From a virus (taxonomy: Duplodnaviria; Heunggongvirae; Uroviricota; Caudoviricetes): DNA of 64,000 nucleotides. Location of the stretch: IMG/VR virus record IMGVR_UViG_3300036770_004943, positions 64,001 to 128,000 of that record; one strand, 5' to 3'. Shown here one piece after another: positions 38,599 through 48,925 of the stretch. Under the pieces are notes generated by a model. It worked only from the letters and a program-made list of their open reading frames with translations. It did not search any database and had not been told where the DNA came from. Numbering within the stretch: position 1 is the first letter of the stretch; the number at the start of each line of letters is the position of its first letter. Both the position numbers and the translations under genes were made by a program.

Positions 38599-38931
38599 AT
38601 GAAAAAGAAGATTATTTTAAAAGAACATCAACTTAGAAAATTAATTGAAACTCGTATTAACGATTTTAATATTGAAGATATTGCAAAACAGTTAGAATCA
38701 ATCGAATGTACAGGAGCTGACTTAAAATATTTGGTTAGTGAGATACTTTCAAAATACGGTTATGAGGATATTAAAGTTCTTTTTTTAGGGCATGAAAAAG
38801 AAACAAAAGAACTTAGATATATTGTGCATACAGAAGGACCTGTTTTAACTTATAAAACAAAATCTGAAGTTACGGCGGATGATAGACCTTGTTTATCTAT
38901 TTACGACGTAAAAGTCTATCAACAAATTTAA
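38599..38931 (+). CDS. late hypothetical protein with LIE leader
   Basis: MKKKIILKEHQLRKLIE|; GATATTTAT at 38582-38590. Confidence 0.65.
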   Translation: MKKKIILKEHQLRKLIETRINDFNIEDIAKQLESIECTGADLKYLVSEILSKYGYEDIKVLFLGHEKETKELRYIVHTEGPVLTYKTKSEVTADDRPCLSIYDVKVYQQI

Positions 38932-39020
38932 AATTTACCCCAACCAGAATGCATCATGCATTTGATTCTTTCTTGTTCAAGGAAATCTAAAAATTTTATT
39001 ATTTTTTTTATTGTTTTCAT
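38928..39020 (-). CDS. 30-aa small ORF absent from the ORF track (MKTIKKIIKFLDFLEQERIKCMMHSGWGKF)
   Basis: ATGA overlap with the stop of 39017-39250; fills the gap exactly. Confidence 0.45.
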   Translation of the reverse strand: MKTIKKIIKFLDFLEQERIKCMMHSGWGKF

Positions 39021-39250
39021 TTTTTATGTTTATTCGATACGGAACATGAATCAAATTTACGACCCCAGTAACTAATTTCACTTTCTTTAAATTGTAGTTC
39101 ATCTTTCATAACATCTATTTCAATTTCCTGTTCTTTTAAGATAACCAATAAAGAGTCGTATTCTTTTTTATAACTTATTTCATATTGTATTGGTTGTGTA
39201 CATTTACAACTTACAAACAAAATTAAAGATAGTAATAATATTTTTTTCAT
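39017..39250 (-). CDS. putative lipoprotein with coiled coil
   Basis: MKKILLLSLILFVSC lipobox-like signal. Confidence 0.55.
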   Translation of the reverse strand: MKKILLLSLILFVSCKCTQPIQYEISYKKEYDSLLVILKEQEIEIDVMKDELQFKESEISYWGRKFDSCSVSNKHKK

Positions 39251-39251
39251 A

Positions 39252-39452
39252 CTAATGACCTATGTGTTTTAAGTATTCTTGATAATTCCTTTGAGAAGTG
39301 AGCTGAGCCAAATTTTCATGTATCATTTTAATATAATCTTCGGTGTTCATTCTTCTTTTTTTATATTGGTTTGTTAAAAACTCAATTGATTTTGTAGCTT
39401 CTTGAATTTTAGCTACATTTATTGAACCTGCTTCGTATTTTTTGTTTTCCAT
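39252..39452 (-). CDS. hypothetical protein
   Basis: Coupled ORF downstream of thyA. Confidence 0.55.
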   Translation of the reverse strand: MENKKYEAGSINVAKIQEATKSIEFLTNQYKKRRMNTEDYIKMIHENLAQLTSQRNYQEYLKHIGH

Positions 39453-39455
39453 AGT

Positions 39456-40715
39456 TTAATTTGATAAAGGTGCCTTAATTGTTGGGTGTGATTGATAATT
39501 TTCAATAACAAAATCAGTATTATCTAAATGAGTCACTAAAGATACATCTTCAGATAATGATTTATAGAAATCATCAGTTTTCATATGTTTTAATGTTGGT
39601 AATGGATATGGTTCTCTTGTTCGAGTTGGTACTTTTAAGTCATCCAAAAGTAGTGAAGAGATAACCTCTGGTTCATTTAAGTGTTGTGATAACGATGATT
39701 TTGCGTCTTTGTTTGTTTCGAATAATTTTTCTATTCTTTCTATGTGAGTTAATTCTCTACCAATCTGTTCTTTTGCTTGTTCAATATGATTACTATAAAG
39801 GTGTACATCACCGAGATTTCCAATCAATTCATCAGGAACCATATTAACTGCTTTAGCAATGATTTCTAATAACAATCCATAAGAAGCAATGTTGAATGGT
39901 AACCCTAAGAATGTATCTACTGAACGTTGATTCCACATTAAAGAGATTGCTCGTTTAGGAATGTTTAACTCATCATAATTAACTTTAAGTAATTCATCAT
40001 ATGATTTAGTTTCATTCTTTTTCATATAATGTTTTCCGTAATATTCCATTCTTTCAACAACACTCAACTCTCTTGTATAAACTTGAAATCCATAATGACA
40101 AGGTGGAAGTACCATTTGGTCTAACTCTCCAACATTCCAAGCATTCACCATTAATCGTCTTGAGTCTGGATTTGTTTTAAGGTCGTTGATTAGGTTTGCG
40201 ATTTGGTCTACGTCACCATAGTCAGGATAAGCTTTGCGTATTATATCACCATCTTCAATTCCTATTCTTCTAATGGATGGCCACTTTCTCCACTGCTTAC
40301 CATAAATTGGTCCTAATTCACCCCACTTCTTAGCAAACATATCATCTGTTTTGATTTTATTGATGAAGTATTCTTGTGTTAATTGCCTATAAGTATTTTC
40401 TTTATTTTCAACTTCTATGCTATGTGGAGCTTTTTGTTGATAATTCTTATACGCATCACCATCCCAAATATGACAATCGTTATCAACTAAGTACTTAATG
40501 TTTGTATCACCTCTTAAAAACCATAACAATTCTGTTACAATTTGTTTCCAAGCCATCTTTTTAGTTGTAAGTAAAGGAAACCCATCACTCATTTTATGAC
40601 GTATTTGTCTTCCAAATACTGAGATAGTTCCTGTTCCAGTTCGGTCACCTTTGGTATAACCATTATCCAAAATGTCTTTTAGAAGGTTTTGATAATCTAA
40701 GTCTAATTTATTCAT
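39456..40715 (-). CDS. thyA: thymidylate synthase with insertions
   Basis: GFPLLTTKK, ELLWFLRG, GPIYGKQWR, DSRR, LPPCH, QRSVD..LGLPFNIASY, GDVHLY. Confidence 0.96.
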   Translation of the reverse strand: MNKLDLDYQNLLKDILDNGYTKGDRTGTGTISVFGRQIRHKMSDGFPLLTTKKMAWKQIVTELLWFLRGDTNIKYLVDNDCHIWDGDAYKNYQQKAPHSIEVENKENTYRQLTQEYFINKIKTDDMFAKKWGELGPIYGKQWRKWPSIRRIGIEDGDIIRKAYPDYGDVDQIANLINDLKTNPDSRRLMVNAWNVGELDQMVLPPCHYGFQVYTRELSVVERMEYYGKHYMKKNETKSYDELLKVNYDELNIPKRAISLMWNQRSVDTFLGLPFNIASYGLLLEIIAKAVNMVPDELIGNLGDVHLYSNHIEQAKEQIGRELTHIERIEKLFETNKDAKSSLSQHLNEPEVISSLLLDDLKVPTRTREPYPLPTLKHMKTDDFYKSLSEDVSLVTHLDNTDFVIENYQSHPTIKAPLSN

Positions 40716-41439
40716 AATATTTCCATTTAAACTTACCAGCCGTTTCTTGTTTACCTTTACAAACCGCTGATATATTGTATATTTTTAAAAAATTTTCAGC
40801 CTCTAAAATAGAATCCCATATTTTTACTATTTTATCATCTATTGTTAATTGTACAACTTTTTTTCTAGATTTAGAAGGCCCATTAGATACCCCTTTTTTA
40901 ATTTTTGAAAGTTTTTCTGAAAAACCTTTTGGTTTTGGTTTTTTCATTTTATTTCTTGTTTCTTGGGTAATAATTTTACCTTTTTGTGCTTCTGAGATTT
41001 TTTTTCTAACTTCCTCAGTTTGAGACCAACCATTTAACATTTTTATTTTTTGATACTCAGATATTTTTTGTTTCCACTCACGATGTTTTTTATCAGCCTC
41101 TTCTTTACCATATTTTTCTAACCAAGTTTTATACCTACCTTTTTTTATAAGAGAATTGTACCCTAATTTTCTATCACCTTCTTTACTACCATCACTTATA
41201 TTATAACCTATTTTTCTATCTGTTGATTTATAATAAAGTATCCAAAAAATTTCTCTTTCATTTAACATCTCTTCACTATCACAAACCTCAATCACCTCTT
41301 TTAAAAAATTATTTTTACCATATTTTTTAACAGCTCTTTTTAATTTTTTACCGGAACCTAAATAATTTGGGTTATTATTTTTGTCTTGTCCGATATAAAT
41401 TTTATTGTTTATCAGATTTGTTGTTTTGTATATTACCAT
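40708..41439 (-). CDS. GIY-YIG homing endonuclease, free-standing upstream of thyA
   Basis: VIYKTTN..NNKIYIGQ..YLGSG..GYN; TEEVRKKIS; late motif at 41453-41460. Confidence 0.88.
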   Translation of the reverse strand: MVIYKTTNLINNKIYIGQDKNNNPNYLGSGKKLKRAVKKYGKNNFLKEVIEVCDSEEMLNEREIFWILYYKSTDRKIGYNISDGSKEGDRKLGYNSLIKKGRYKTWLEKYGKEEADKKHREWKQKISEYQKIKMLNGWSQTEEVRKKISEAQKGKIITQETRNKMKKPKPKGFSEKLSKIKKGVSNGPSKSRKKVVQLTIDDKIVKIWDSILEAENFLKIYNISAVCKGKQETAGKFKWKYYE

Positions 41440-41599
41440 CTTTTTTATTAGATAAATATGTTCTGTCTTTTTTTTGTACTACATTATTTTCTAATTTATT
41501 ACGAAGATCTATACTAAAACTACCATTTATACATTCGGTACCGAATATCATATCCATGTTATCCTCCAAATATTTTTCAATATTTTTTTCTTGTTCCAT
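41402..41599 (-). CDS. hypothetical protein, possibly truncated by the endonuclease cassette
   Basis: Its 3' end runs through the endonuclease promoter and start codon. Confidence 0.4.
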   Translation of the reverse strand: MEQEKNIEKYLEDNMDMIFGTECINGSFSIDLRNKLENNVVQKKDRTYLSNKKDGNIQNNKSDKQ

Positions 41600-41613
41600 T
41601 TTCTAATATATCT

Positions 41614-41934
41614 TTAAGAAGATTTTGATACTGTAGATCCAGCTTGTTCATTTAATATTTGTGTTACGTTGTTTAACAATTCTGTAGGGTCAATATCAGG
41701 GTTTTTAACAGTTGGGTATTTTTTAATGTACTTATTAAAAATTTGTCCCTGACTTTCCGCCATTTCAAAACGATGGTAGTCTTTATAATCTACACCAGAA
41801 TAGGTATATTGACGACCAGCGTTAAAAGTTATGGTTAATTCTTTTTTTTCTTGATTATATTTTGAGGCCAAAATATTTGACGATTTAAATAAACAAGAAA
41901 CTGTATTTCCTTCTTCTATTCTTTGAATAAACAT
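41614..41934 (-). CDS. KTSC-domain protein
   Basis: SSNILASKYN...LTITFNAGRQYTYSGV..Y..F..AESQGQIFNKYIK. Confidence 0.85.
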   Translation of the reverse strand: MFIQRIEEGNTVSCLFKSSNILASKYNQEKKELTITFNAGRQYTYSGVDYKDYHRFEMAESQGQIFNKYIKKYPTVKNPDIDPTELLNNVTQILNEQAGSTVSKSS

Positions 41935-42125
41935 TAGTTAATGTAAGTTTTCCATGTTTTTATACCATCTAAATGGTGTACTTGTGTTGTAACTTCTGTA
42001 CTATCATCATTGTGAATAGATAAGATTAGGTAATTTCCTGAAATAGTAACACTAACTCTTTCAAAGTCTGTGGCGATAACTGAACCGTTATCTTTGAACC
42101 ATATTGTAACTCTTTTATATAACAT
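41934..42125 (-). CDS. hypothetical protein
   Basis: Coupled ORF. Confidence 0.55.
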   Translation of the reverse strand: MLYKRVTIWFKDNGSVIATDFERVSVTISGNYLILSIHNDDSTEVTTQVHHLDGIKTWKTYIN

Positions 42126-42221
42126 AATTTTTATTTTAAAACTAATAATTTAAGGGTTAAAAGAAAACTTTTCTTTCGTATAATTTTAAATATATTTTAA
42201 TCAGTAAATAAATTATTAGTA

Positions 42222-44738
42222 ATGAAAAAAATGACATCTAATATGAAAACCGTTGTCAGGGAATCTTTTAAAGAAACTTTAAGATTGGGTGACAATAAAA
42301 TAAAACCAGAACATTTGATTTTAACAACTTTATTGGTTAAAAACAACGAAGTGACCCAAGTGTTAAACGAAATGGGTTCTGATGTTGATGATTTAGCAGA
42401 AAAATTAGAAAGTTATTTGAGAATTAAAGTAAAAAACCCTAATATTGTAGAACCTAAAATTATACCTTTAAATGTTTCCTCAAAAAACGCTATTAGTTCA
42501 GCGGAACTTGAGGCTGACAAATTAAAAGATGATTTTATTGGTGTCGAACATTTATTTTTATCTATTTTAAAAAATAAATCATTAGACGGCACAAAAGTTT
42601 TAGGAAATCAGGGTATTACCTATAGAACTTTTAAAGAAACTTTAGTACATTTAAAAAAACAAAAAATAATGAATATGACAGGAGATTTTGAAGAAGTAGA
42701 CGATTTGGGTAAAAGAGCTAAGAAAGCCGCCCAAGGGAAATCAACAACACCAATCCTTGATAATTTTGGTAGGGATATCACAAAATTGGCTTCAGACGGT
42801 CAAATTGACCCAATTATTGGTCGTGAAGATGAAATTGAACGTGTTTCACAAATTCTTTCAAGACGTAAAAAGAATAACCCAATTCTAATTGGTGAACCAG
42901 GTGTTGGTAAAACCGCGATTGTTGAGGGTTTGGCGCTTAAAATTGTTGAAAGAAAGTGTCCACGTATTCTTTTTGATAAAAGAGTCGTTAGTTTGGACTT
43001 GGCATCATTGGTCGCAGGAACTAAATACCGTGGTCAGTTTGAAGAAAGAATGAAAGGTATCATGCAAGAACTTGAAAAGGCGGATGATGTAATTCTTTTT
43101 ATAGATGAAATCCATACAATGGTTGGTGCGGGTAACGCTTCAGGTTCACTCGACGCATCTAACATTTTAAAACCGGCTTTAGCTCGTGGTGAGGTTCAAT
43201 GTATCGGGGCTACAACTCTTGATGAATATAGACAAAACATTGAAAAAGATGGGGCTTTGGCAAGAAGATTCCAAATGGTTATTGTTGACCCACCGTCAAA
43301 AGATGAGACTTTGGTTATTCTTAATAACATTAAAAATAAGTATGAAGACCATCACAAAGTTTCTTACACTAAAGAAGCCATTGAATCTTGTGTAAACTTA
43401 GCTGACCGTTACATTAGTGACCGTGAACAACCCGATAAAGCAATTGATATTCTTGATGAAGTTGGTGCTAGAATGCAAGTTCACATTAAACCACCACAAG
43501 AAATTGTAGATCTTGAAGAAAAAATTGCAGATGTGGGCCGTCAAAAAATAGATGTTGTTAAAGCTCAACGTTATGAAGATGCCGCTAAACTTCGTGATGA
43601 AGAAAAAACTCTTCAAGAAGAATTAGAACATTCCACAAATGAGTGGGCTAAAAATTTAGATAAATTCAGACCTACTGTTAATGAAGAAGATGTTGCGAAA
43701 GTTGTTTCAATGATTACAGGTATTCCTGTGACTAAAGTTTCCCAAACTGAAAACGAAAAACTTCGTAATATGGATAAGGAATTAAAACACAAAGTTATCG
43801 GTCAAGACGAGGCTATAGATAAAATCAGTAAAGCAATTAAACGTAATCGTGTCGGGATTAAAAACAAAAATAAACCAATCGGTTCTTTTATGTTCCTAGG
43901 TCCAACTGGTGTAGGTAAAACTTATTTAGCTAAAATGTTAGCTGAAAGTATATTCGGTTCCCAAGACGCACTTATCCGAGTTGACATGAGTGAGTATATG
44001 GAAAAACATTCAGTATCTAAATTAATCGGAGCACCTCCAGGTTATGTTGGATATGAAGATGGTGGTCAGTTAACTGAAAAAATCAGAAGAAAACCGTTTT
44101 CAGTAATTCTTTTAGATGAAGTTGAAAAGGCTCACCCTGATACTTTTAACATATTGTTACAAGTTTTAGATGATGGTCATTTAAGTGATGGTTTAGGTCG
44201 TAAAGTTGACTTCAAAAATTGTCTTATTATCATGACTTCTAACGTTGGGGCACGTAAATTACAAGAATTTGGTACTGGTGTTGGTTTTGGTACTAAATCT
44301 AAAATGGACGGTAATGACGAAGTGGCGGAAGGTGTAATCCAAGACTCACTTAAAAAGGCTTTTTCACCTGAATTTTTAAACCGTATTGATGATGTAATCG
44401 TTTTCAAGTCACTTGGTAAAGAAGAAATTAAGAAAATTGTTGATATACCACTTATCGAGGTTATTGAAAGGGTTAAAGAAATGGGTTATACACTTAAAAT
44501 TGATGACACTCTTAAAGAATACTTGGTTGAAAAAGGGTATGATGAGAAATATGGAGCTAGACCTCTTAATAGAGCAATCCAAAAGTATGTAGAAGACCCA
44601 ATATCTGAAAAAGTACTAGAAAATGAACTTAGTATTGGTGATACGGTAACAATATCTTATAACTCTAAAGTTGAAGATGTTAAAATTAGTATCAAAAAAG
44701 CTAAAAGCACTAAGAAAAAAGAAGATACTGGTGAATAA
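42222..44738 (+). CDS. clpC: ClpC-type AAA+ unfoldase
   Basis: Double Clp-N (PEHL, VEHL), GEPGVGKT, FIDEIH, UVR-like M domain (QRYEDAAKLRD), GPTGVGKT, GVGFG ClpP-docking loop, YGARPL. Confidence 0.93.
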   Translation: MKKMTSNMKTVVRESFKETLRLGDNKIKPEHLILTTLLVKNNEVTQVLNEMGSDVDDLAEKLESYLRIKVKNPNIVEPKIIPLNVSSKNAISSAELEADKLKDDFIGVEHLFLSILKNKSLDGTKVLGNQGITYRTFKETLVHLKKQKIMNMTGDFEEVDDLGKRAKKAAQGKSTTPILDNFGRDITKLASDGQIDPIIGREDEIERVSQILSRRKKNNPILIGEPGVGKTAIVEGLALKIVERKCPRILFDKRVVSLDLASLVAGTKYRGQFEERMKGIMQELEKADDVILFIDEIHTMVGAGNASGSLDASNILKPALARGEVQCIGATTLDEYRQNIEKDGALARRFQMVIVDPPSKDETLVILNNIKNKYEDHHKVSYTKEAIESCVNLADRYISDREQPDKAIDILDEVGARMQVHIKPPQEIVDLEEKIADVGRQKIDVVKAQRYEDAAKLRDEEKTLQEELEHSTNEWAKNLDKFRPTVNEEDVAKVVSMITGIPVTKVSQTENEKLRNMDKELKHKVIGQDEAIDKISKAIKRNRVGIKNKNKPIGSFMFLGPTGVGKTYLAKMLAESIFGSQDALIRVDMSEYMEKHSVSKLIGAPPGYVGYEDGGQLTEKIRRKPFSVILLDEVEKAHPDTFNILLQVLDDGHLSDGLGRKVDFKNCLIIMTSNVGARKLQEFGTGVGFGTKSKMDGNDEVAEGVIQDSLKKAFSPEFLNRIDDVIVFKSLGKEEIKKIVDIPLIEVIERVKEMGYTLKIDDTLKEYLVEKGYDEKYGARPLNRAIQKYVEDPISEKVLENELSIGDTVTISYNSKVEDVKISIKKAKSTKKKEDTGE

Positions 44739-44741
44739 TAC

Positions 44742-44769
44742 AAAAACCCCTTGAAAAAGGGGTTTTTTT
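44742..44769. terminator. bidirectional intrinsic terminator
   Basis: aaaaacccctt-gaaa-aaggggttttt. Confidence 0.85.
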
Positions 44770-44795
44770 GTTTTTTTAATAAAAAAAGGGGTTAT

Positions 44796-45083
44796 TTACC
44801 CCTTTTTCTTTTTCTGTCCATAAGGAATCGTCCTTGTTGGCATATAATCTCTAAATTTAGTATCCTTTAAATTTCCTGGGATTTTTGGAAAATCCATTCT
44901 ATCAGTGTGTAGTTTAAAAAATCTGTCAAATTCTGTTTTAAGAAGTTCCATAACTTCTGTATGAGTTAGATTTGGGTTACTTTTTTTAATGTCTATCATT
45001 GCATCGGTGAAACTAGTTTGAACATCACCAAAACCTTCTCTAAGTAATCTTTTAGTTTTATTAAAATTATCCATTTTGAACAT
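44796..45083 (-). CDS. late hypothetical protein with LRE leader
   Basis: TKRLLRE|GF; overlaps the end of the DHH gene. Confidence 0.55.
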   Translation of the reverse strand: MFKMDNFNKTKRLLREGFGDVQTSFTDAMIDIKKSNPNLTHTEVMELLKTEFDRFFKLHTDRMDFPKIPGNLKDTKFRDYMPTRTIPYGQKKKKG

Positions 45084-46509
45084 TTGTTGGGTTATTTGCT
45101 ATTATTTTTGACGTTAATTCTTTTTCGAATTCGGCTTGAAAGTCTTTTAAATAAGGCACCCCTTGTTTACCAAAATACATCAAACCTGAAATATTAGTTA
45201 TACACTTGTGTCCACCACTATTAGCCTGAATCATGTCCCACCCTGAAACCTTTAACATTTTAAGGGCTTTAATTTCATTATCATTTAAAGTTGTGTAAGG
45301 TTTATCCATTACTTTTTTAATTGCATTTCTCCATCTTTCTACAGTATAACCTTCTTTCGCACCTTGAGGTATTGAGTCTAACCCCACTACACCACCTTCT
45401 GTTTGACCGTAAATAGCGATAAGGTCGTTGTAAGTAAATCCCACAGATTCTTGACCGAAATCTTTATGTTTTTCCGCAAAATATTTGATAGTATCTACCG
45501 TGATCTCAAATTGTTCTAATTGTGGTTTAAATTTTAATAATACTTCTTGTGCAATTTCCCCTAAATTTACACCTTTAAGACTTCTTTCAGCTTTAAAAGG
45601 GTTACAACTTGCTTGTAATAAACCTAAAGGCCAAGCTATAATTAAGAAATTCGCTTCGGGAAAGTTTTTGAAAGGAACGTATCTATCATAAGAACCTGGT
45701 TTTATCATAGAACCACCACCATATTGTGAGATAATACCTGTTGTTGGGTTATACTTCACATTTTGACTAGTTTTCATAGTCTCAGCATATTGTTTAGCGT
45801 GTTGGGTCATAACTTCTGGTGATGCGTAACCTTCTTCTTTAGCCAATCTAACAATATTTTGGTAAATACTTAAAAGTGAAGCTGAAGACTCCATAACTAA
45901 ACGTTCTAGAAATCTTGGTTTGTTTTTATAGGCTAACAATAATTTATTAGTTACAAGGGACATTGCCTTTTTGTTTTGTTCTAAACTTTTTTCTTTTTCT
46001 AAAACAAAGACATAATTCATAACCTGCTCAGGTGTTATACCCATTCTTGCATAATCGGCACTATCAATAGTGGATATCATTAAAATATCTGAGTGGGGGA
46101 AAATCTCTGCCGGTGAAATAATTTGAGATATAGTCTCAACATTTGAACGGGATTGTCTAAAGGATTTAGACGTTTCTTTTTCAACACCAACCTGTTTATC
46201 ATGGTGATCGGTATGTATTACAAACATTGGTTTACCGTGGGCAAAATCAACCAAAACCGGCATGATATCACCTTTTGCCATAGGTTTTTTAATACTAAAT
46301 TCTTTATCACCGTACTGTATTACCTCAGTCTCAACCACTTTAATACCGTGCTGTTCAAGATAATTTTTCATCGCAATAGCGGTTGTTACACCGTCTAAAT
46401 CTTGGTGGAAATATATTTTCGCATTTTCATATCGTTGTGCTAATTCGTTTATACCCCTAATACCAGTTTCGGTTATTAAGAATTTTTTTTCTAACAATAA
46501 AGTTGACAT
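45067..46509 (-). CDS. DHH/DHHA1-family phosphoesterase with leader
   Basis: FHQDLDG, VLVDFA, HTDHHD, IDSAD, SGGHK; MSTLLLEKKFLITE|; late motif near 46526-46534. Confidence 0.8.
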   Translation of the reverse strand: MSTLLLEKKFLITETGIRGINELAQRYENAKIYFHQDLDGVTTAIAMKNYLEQHGIKVVETEVIQYGDKEFSIKKPMAKGDIMPVLVDFAHGKPMFVIHTDHHDKQVGVEKETSKSFRQSRSNVETISQIISPAEIFPHSDILMISTIDSADYARMGITPEQVMNYVFVLEKEKSLEQNKKAMSLVTNKLLLAYKNKPRFLERLVMESSASLLSIYQNIVRLAKEEGYASPEVMTQHAKQYAETMKTSQNVKYNPTTGIISQYGGGSMIKPGSYDRYVPFKNFPEANFLIIAWPLGLLQASCNPFKAERSLKGVNLGEIAQEVLLKFKPQLEQFEITVDTIKYFAEKHKDFGQESVGFTYNDLIAIYGQTEGGVVGLDSIPQGAKEGYTVERWRNAIKKVMDKPYTTLNDNEIKALKMLKVSGWDMIQANSGGHKCITNISGLMYFGKQGVPYLKDFQAEFEKELTSKIIANNPTNVQNG

Positions 46510-46533
46510 TAAAATTACTTTTAATAATAAATA

Positions 46534-46755
46534 TCACGAATTTTCTTTCAATTTTTCTTCTTGAATTTTTATGTATTTGTCTAAATATTGTTTAGCTTTG
46601 TAGAGGTCTTGAATACCATTTTTATGTTTCCAACGAGTCACGTATTTAACAACATTACCCTCAAAAAAATCAAGGTCGTGTTGTGCGGAATAGTCCCACA
46701 TTTCTGTCTTTCCTTGATTATAATGGGACGGATGTTCAACTTGTTCTTTACTCAT
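46534..46755 (-). CDS. DUF3310-like protein
   Basis: VEHPSHY...FFEGNVVKYVTRWKHKNGIQDLYKAKQYL. Confidence 0.85.
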   Translation of the reverse strand: MSKEQVEHPSHYNQGKTEMWDYSAQHDLDFFEGNVVKYVTRWKHKNGIQDLYKAKQYLDKYIKIQEEKLKENS

Positions 46756-46824
46756 AAATAAATTTGTTTAATTGAGTCAATTGTTATATCTTTGTAATTG
46801 TAAATAAAAACTAAAACAAACTGT

Positions 46825-47763
46825 ATGTCAAAAACTAAAGAAACGGTAAAAATTGTAAAACTAAACGATTTTAATTTCCCACCCGAAGTTTTTATACCAT
46901 TAAAAAGTGGTAAATTTATTGATAATATAATTTCTAAAAAAGGTGGTACAATGCCGGCAACTATCTCAGTTGTTGTTGGCGAACCTGGTTCAGGTAAAAC
47001 TACAATGTTAGTAGACAAAATGGCTGGTATTGAGAAAAACAACCCAGGTCGTAGATGTCTTTACATATCTTCTGAAATGAACCCGATTGATAATCGTGAG
47101 TTGGCTGAAGAATTACCACAACTTATGAATTTAAATACACTTTATTTAGCCGACTACGATAATCCTAAAGTTGCTTTAGAAGAAGCTCTTGATATGGGTT
47201 GGGACTATGTCTTGATGGATTCTTTTATGGATGTAAAAGATAAAATCAAAGATTCTCAAAATAAAATGAACGCATCAACAGTTGAAACATGGTTAATTAA
47301 CTTATTGGTTAAACACACTAAGGGTCAAAATCAAAATAATAAATTTACCGCTTTCGATGTTATCCAACACATTACTAAAGGTGGTGAGTACGCTGGTTCG
47401 ACTAAACTAAAACATAACACAACCGCAATGATGTATGTTCGTATTGATGAAGTTACAGGACAACGTTATGTTGTTTATGTTAAAAATCGTCGTGGTGATA
47501 TCCGTAAAAAACTTTACATGATTCTTGATAGGGAATCTGGTGAACTTAACTACGATGTTAAAAAATACAATGAGTTAGAAAAAGCGATTGAAATCCAAAA
47601 ACAAATGGATAACTTTCAATCAGAAAACGACCAAAAACTTTTAGAATTATTACAAAACTCCGAAACTTCAGATAAAGAAATTACCAGCAAAAATTTTTCT
47701 ACTAAAGAATCTGTTGAAGATTTGGTTACGGCAACATCAGAAGTTGAAGATTTTGAAGATTAA
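46825..47763 (+). CDS. RadA/Sms (RecA-fold) ATPase
   Basis: GEPGSGKTT, YISSEM, VLMDS, HITKGGEYAGS, VKNRRG; TATCTTTG at 46787-46794. Confidence 0.75.
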   Translation: MSKTKETVKIVKLNDFNFPPEVFIPLKSGKFIDNIISKKGGTMPATISVVVGEPGSGKTTMLVDKMAGIEKNNPGRRCLYISSEMNPIDNRELAEELPQLMNLNTLYLADYDNPKVALEEALDMGWDYVLMDSFMDVKDKIKDSQNKMNASTVETWLINLLVKHTKGQNQNNKFTAFDVIQHITKGGEYAGSTKLKHNTTAMMYVRIDEVTGQRYVVYVKNRRGDIRKKLYMILDRESGELNYDVKKYNELEKAIEIQKQMDNFQSENDQKLLELLQNSETSDKEITSKNFSTKESVEDLVTATSEVEDFED

Positions 47764-47818
47764 TAATTTAGCTTGTATTTATCTAAAAACATTATTATAT
47801 TTGTATAAAATTAAAAAC

Positions 47819-48925
47819 ATGGAAAACATAAAGTACGAAAATTTCAAAAAAGAAGTTAAAGAAAACTACCCAATACGTAAAGTGATGACACTATCTGAAC
47901 TTAATATCGATTTTGAGGATATTGAAAGTCGTAATGGTAATATTACTCTTGAAGGTGTTAAATTAAAGTTATCTTCTGGAGCTTTTAAGTCATTACTTAA
48001 AACCCTTAAAATCACTGATTCTTTTATGGGTAAATTTACTGACATATTTGGTATGAATTCTCGTAATCAGTTGGTTAAAGTCATTAAAAATAAAATGGCA
48101 ATTCAAAAAGATATGAAAGTAGGTATCTACATTTCACCATCTACTAGAAGAGTAGTTGCTGTTACAGACGCTAATAAACCATATATTTCACCTGATTTTT
48201 ATTTCGATATGGTTGAAAATGTAATCAATGACCACCAATTGGATGTTGGTAACATGTCAATTTCAGGTGACGGAAATATTCAAATTTCAACTGTTAAAAA
48301 TGGTTGGGGTTTTGATATCCCTGATTTAAAAGATGAGGCTTTTCATACAGGTGTTATTGTGACAGCTGGTCCGACAGAAGATATCGCAATTGACCCTTAT
48401 ATTCTTCGTCTTGTTTGTACAAATGGTCTTGTGGGTCCTCGTCGTCTTGAAATGGGCCCTCGTTTAATGGACAACTCAATTGAAAGTATCAATACTTTTA
48501 TGAGAGACATTAAAGGGTTATCTGAAACAAACCAAAAATTTCAAGGTGTTTTTACAGACCAAGTAAGAAAAATGAATTCAATTTCAGCTTCTTACAATGA
48601 GTTAACAAAAATTCGTGAAATGGTTGCAAACAAAGTTACCGATAAGAATGACGCTCGTGTTGAAGCTGTTCTTGATAGATTCTTCCCAATTAACGAAGCC
48701 AAATCTATGTACAAAGAAAAAGGTCATAACCTTGACACCCTAACAAATCGTCATTGGAAAAACGCGAAAACCAATATGACAACTTGGGAGTTATTAAATT
48801 CACTTACTGATGTCGCATCCCATGACTACGGTATGGGTATTGGTGACTACGCTAAGGCTGATTTAAGAAAACAAGCTGGTTTGTTTATGTTCAATAAGCA
48901 GTTTGATTGTGAATATCTACTTTAA
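47819..48925 (+). CDS. DUF932-like protein (start corrected to MENIKY)
   Basis: YILRLVCTNGL, T.WELLNSLTD.ASH; TATATTTG at 47796-47803. Confidence 0.6.
   Translation: MENIKYENFKKEVKENYPIRKVMTLSELNIDFEDIESRNGNITLEGVKLKLSSGAFKSLLKTLKITDSFMGKFTDIFGMNSRNQLVKVIKNKMAIQKDMKVGIYISPSTRRVVAVTDANKPYISPDFYFDMVENVINDHQLDVGNMSISGDGNIQISTVKNGWGFDIPDLKDEAFHTGVIVTAGPTEDIAIDPYILRLVCTNGLVGPRRLEMGPRLMDNSIESINTFMRDIKGLSETNQKFQGVFTDQVRKMNSISASYNELTKIREMVANKVTDKNDARVEAVLDRFFPINEAKSMYKEKGHNLDTLTNRHWKNAKTNMTTWELLNSLTDVASHDYGMGIGDYAKADLRKQAGLFMFNKQFDCEYLL

Noticed and set aside
39456-40715. Inteins or introns in thyA, terL or clpC
   Set aside because: The thyA insertions are short in-frame loops without splicing motifs, and terL and clpC have ordinary lengths.
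47714-47818. N-terminal extensions given by the ORF track (also 3856, 16964, 55020, 57997)
   Set aside because: The extensions run through the promoter boxes; downstream ATGs fit promoter and RBS spacing better.
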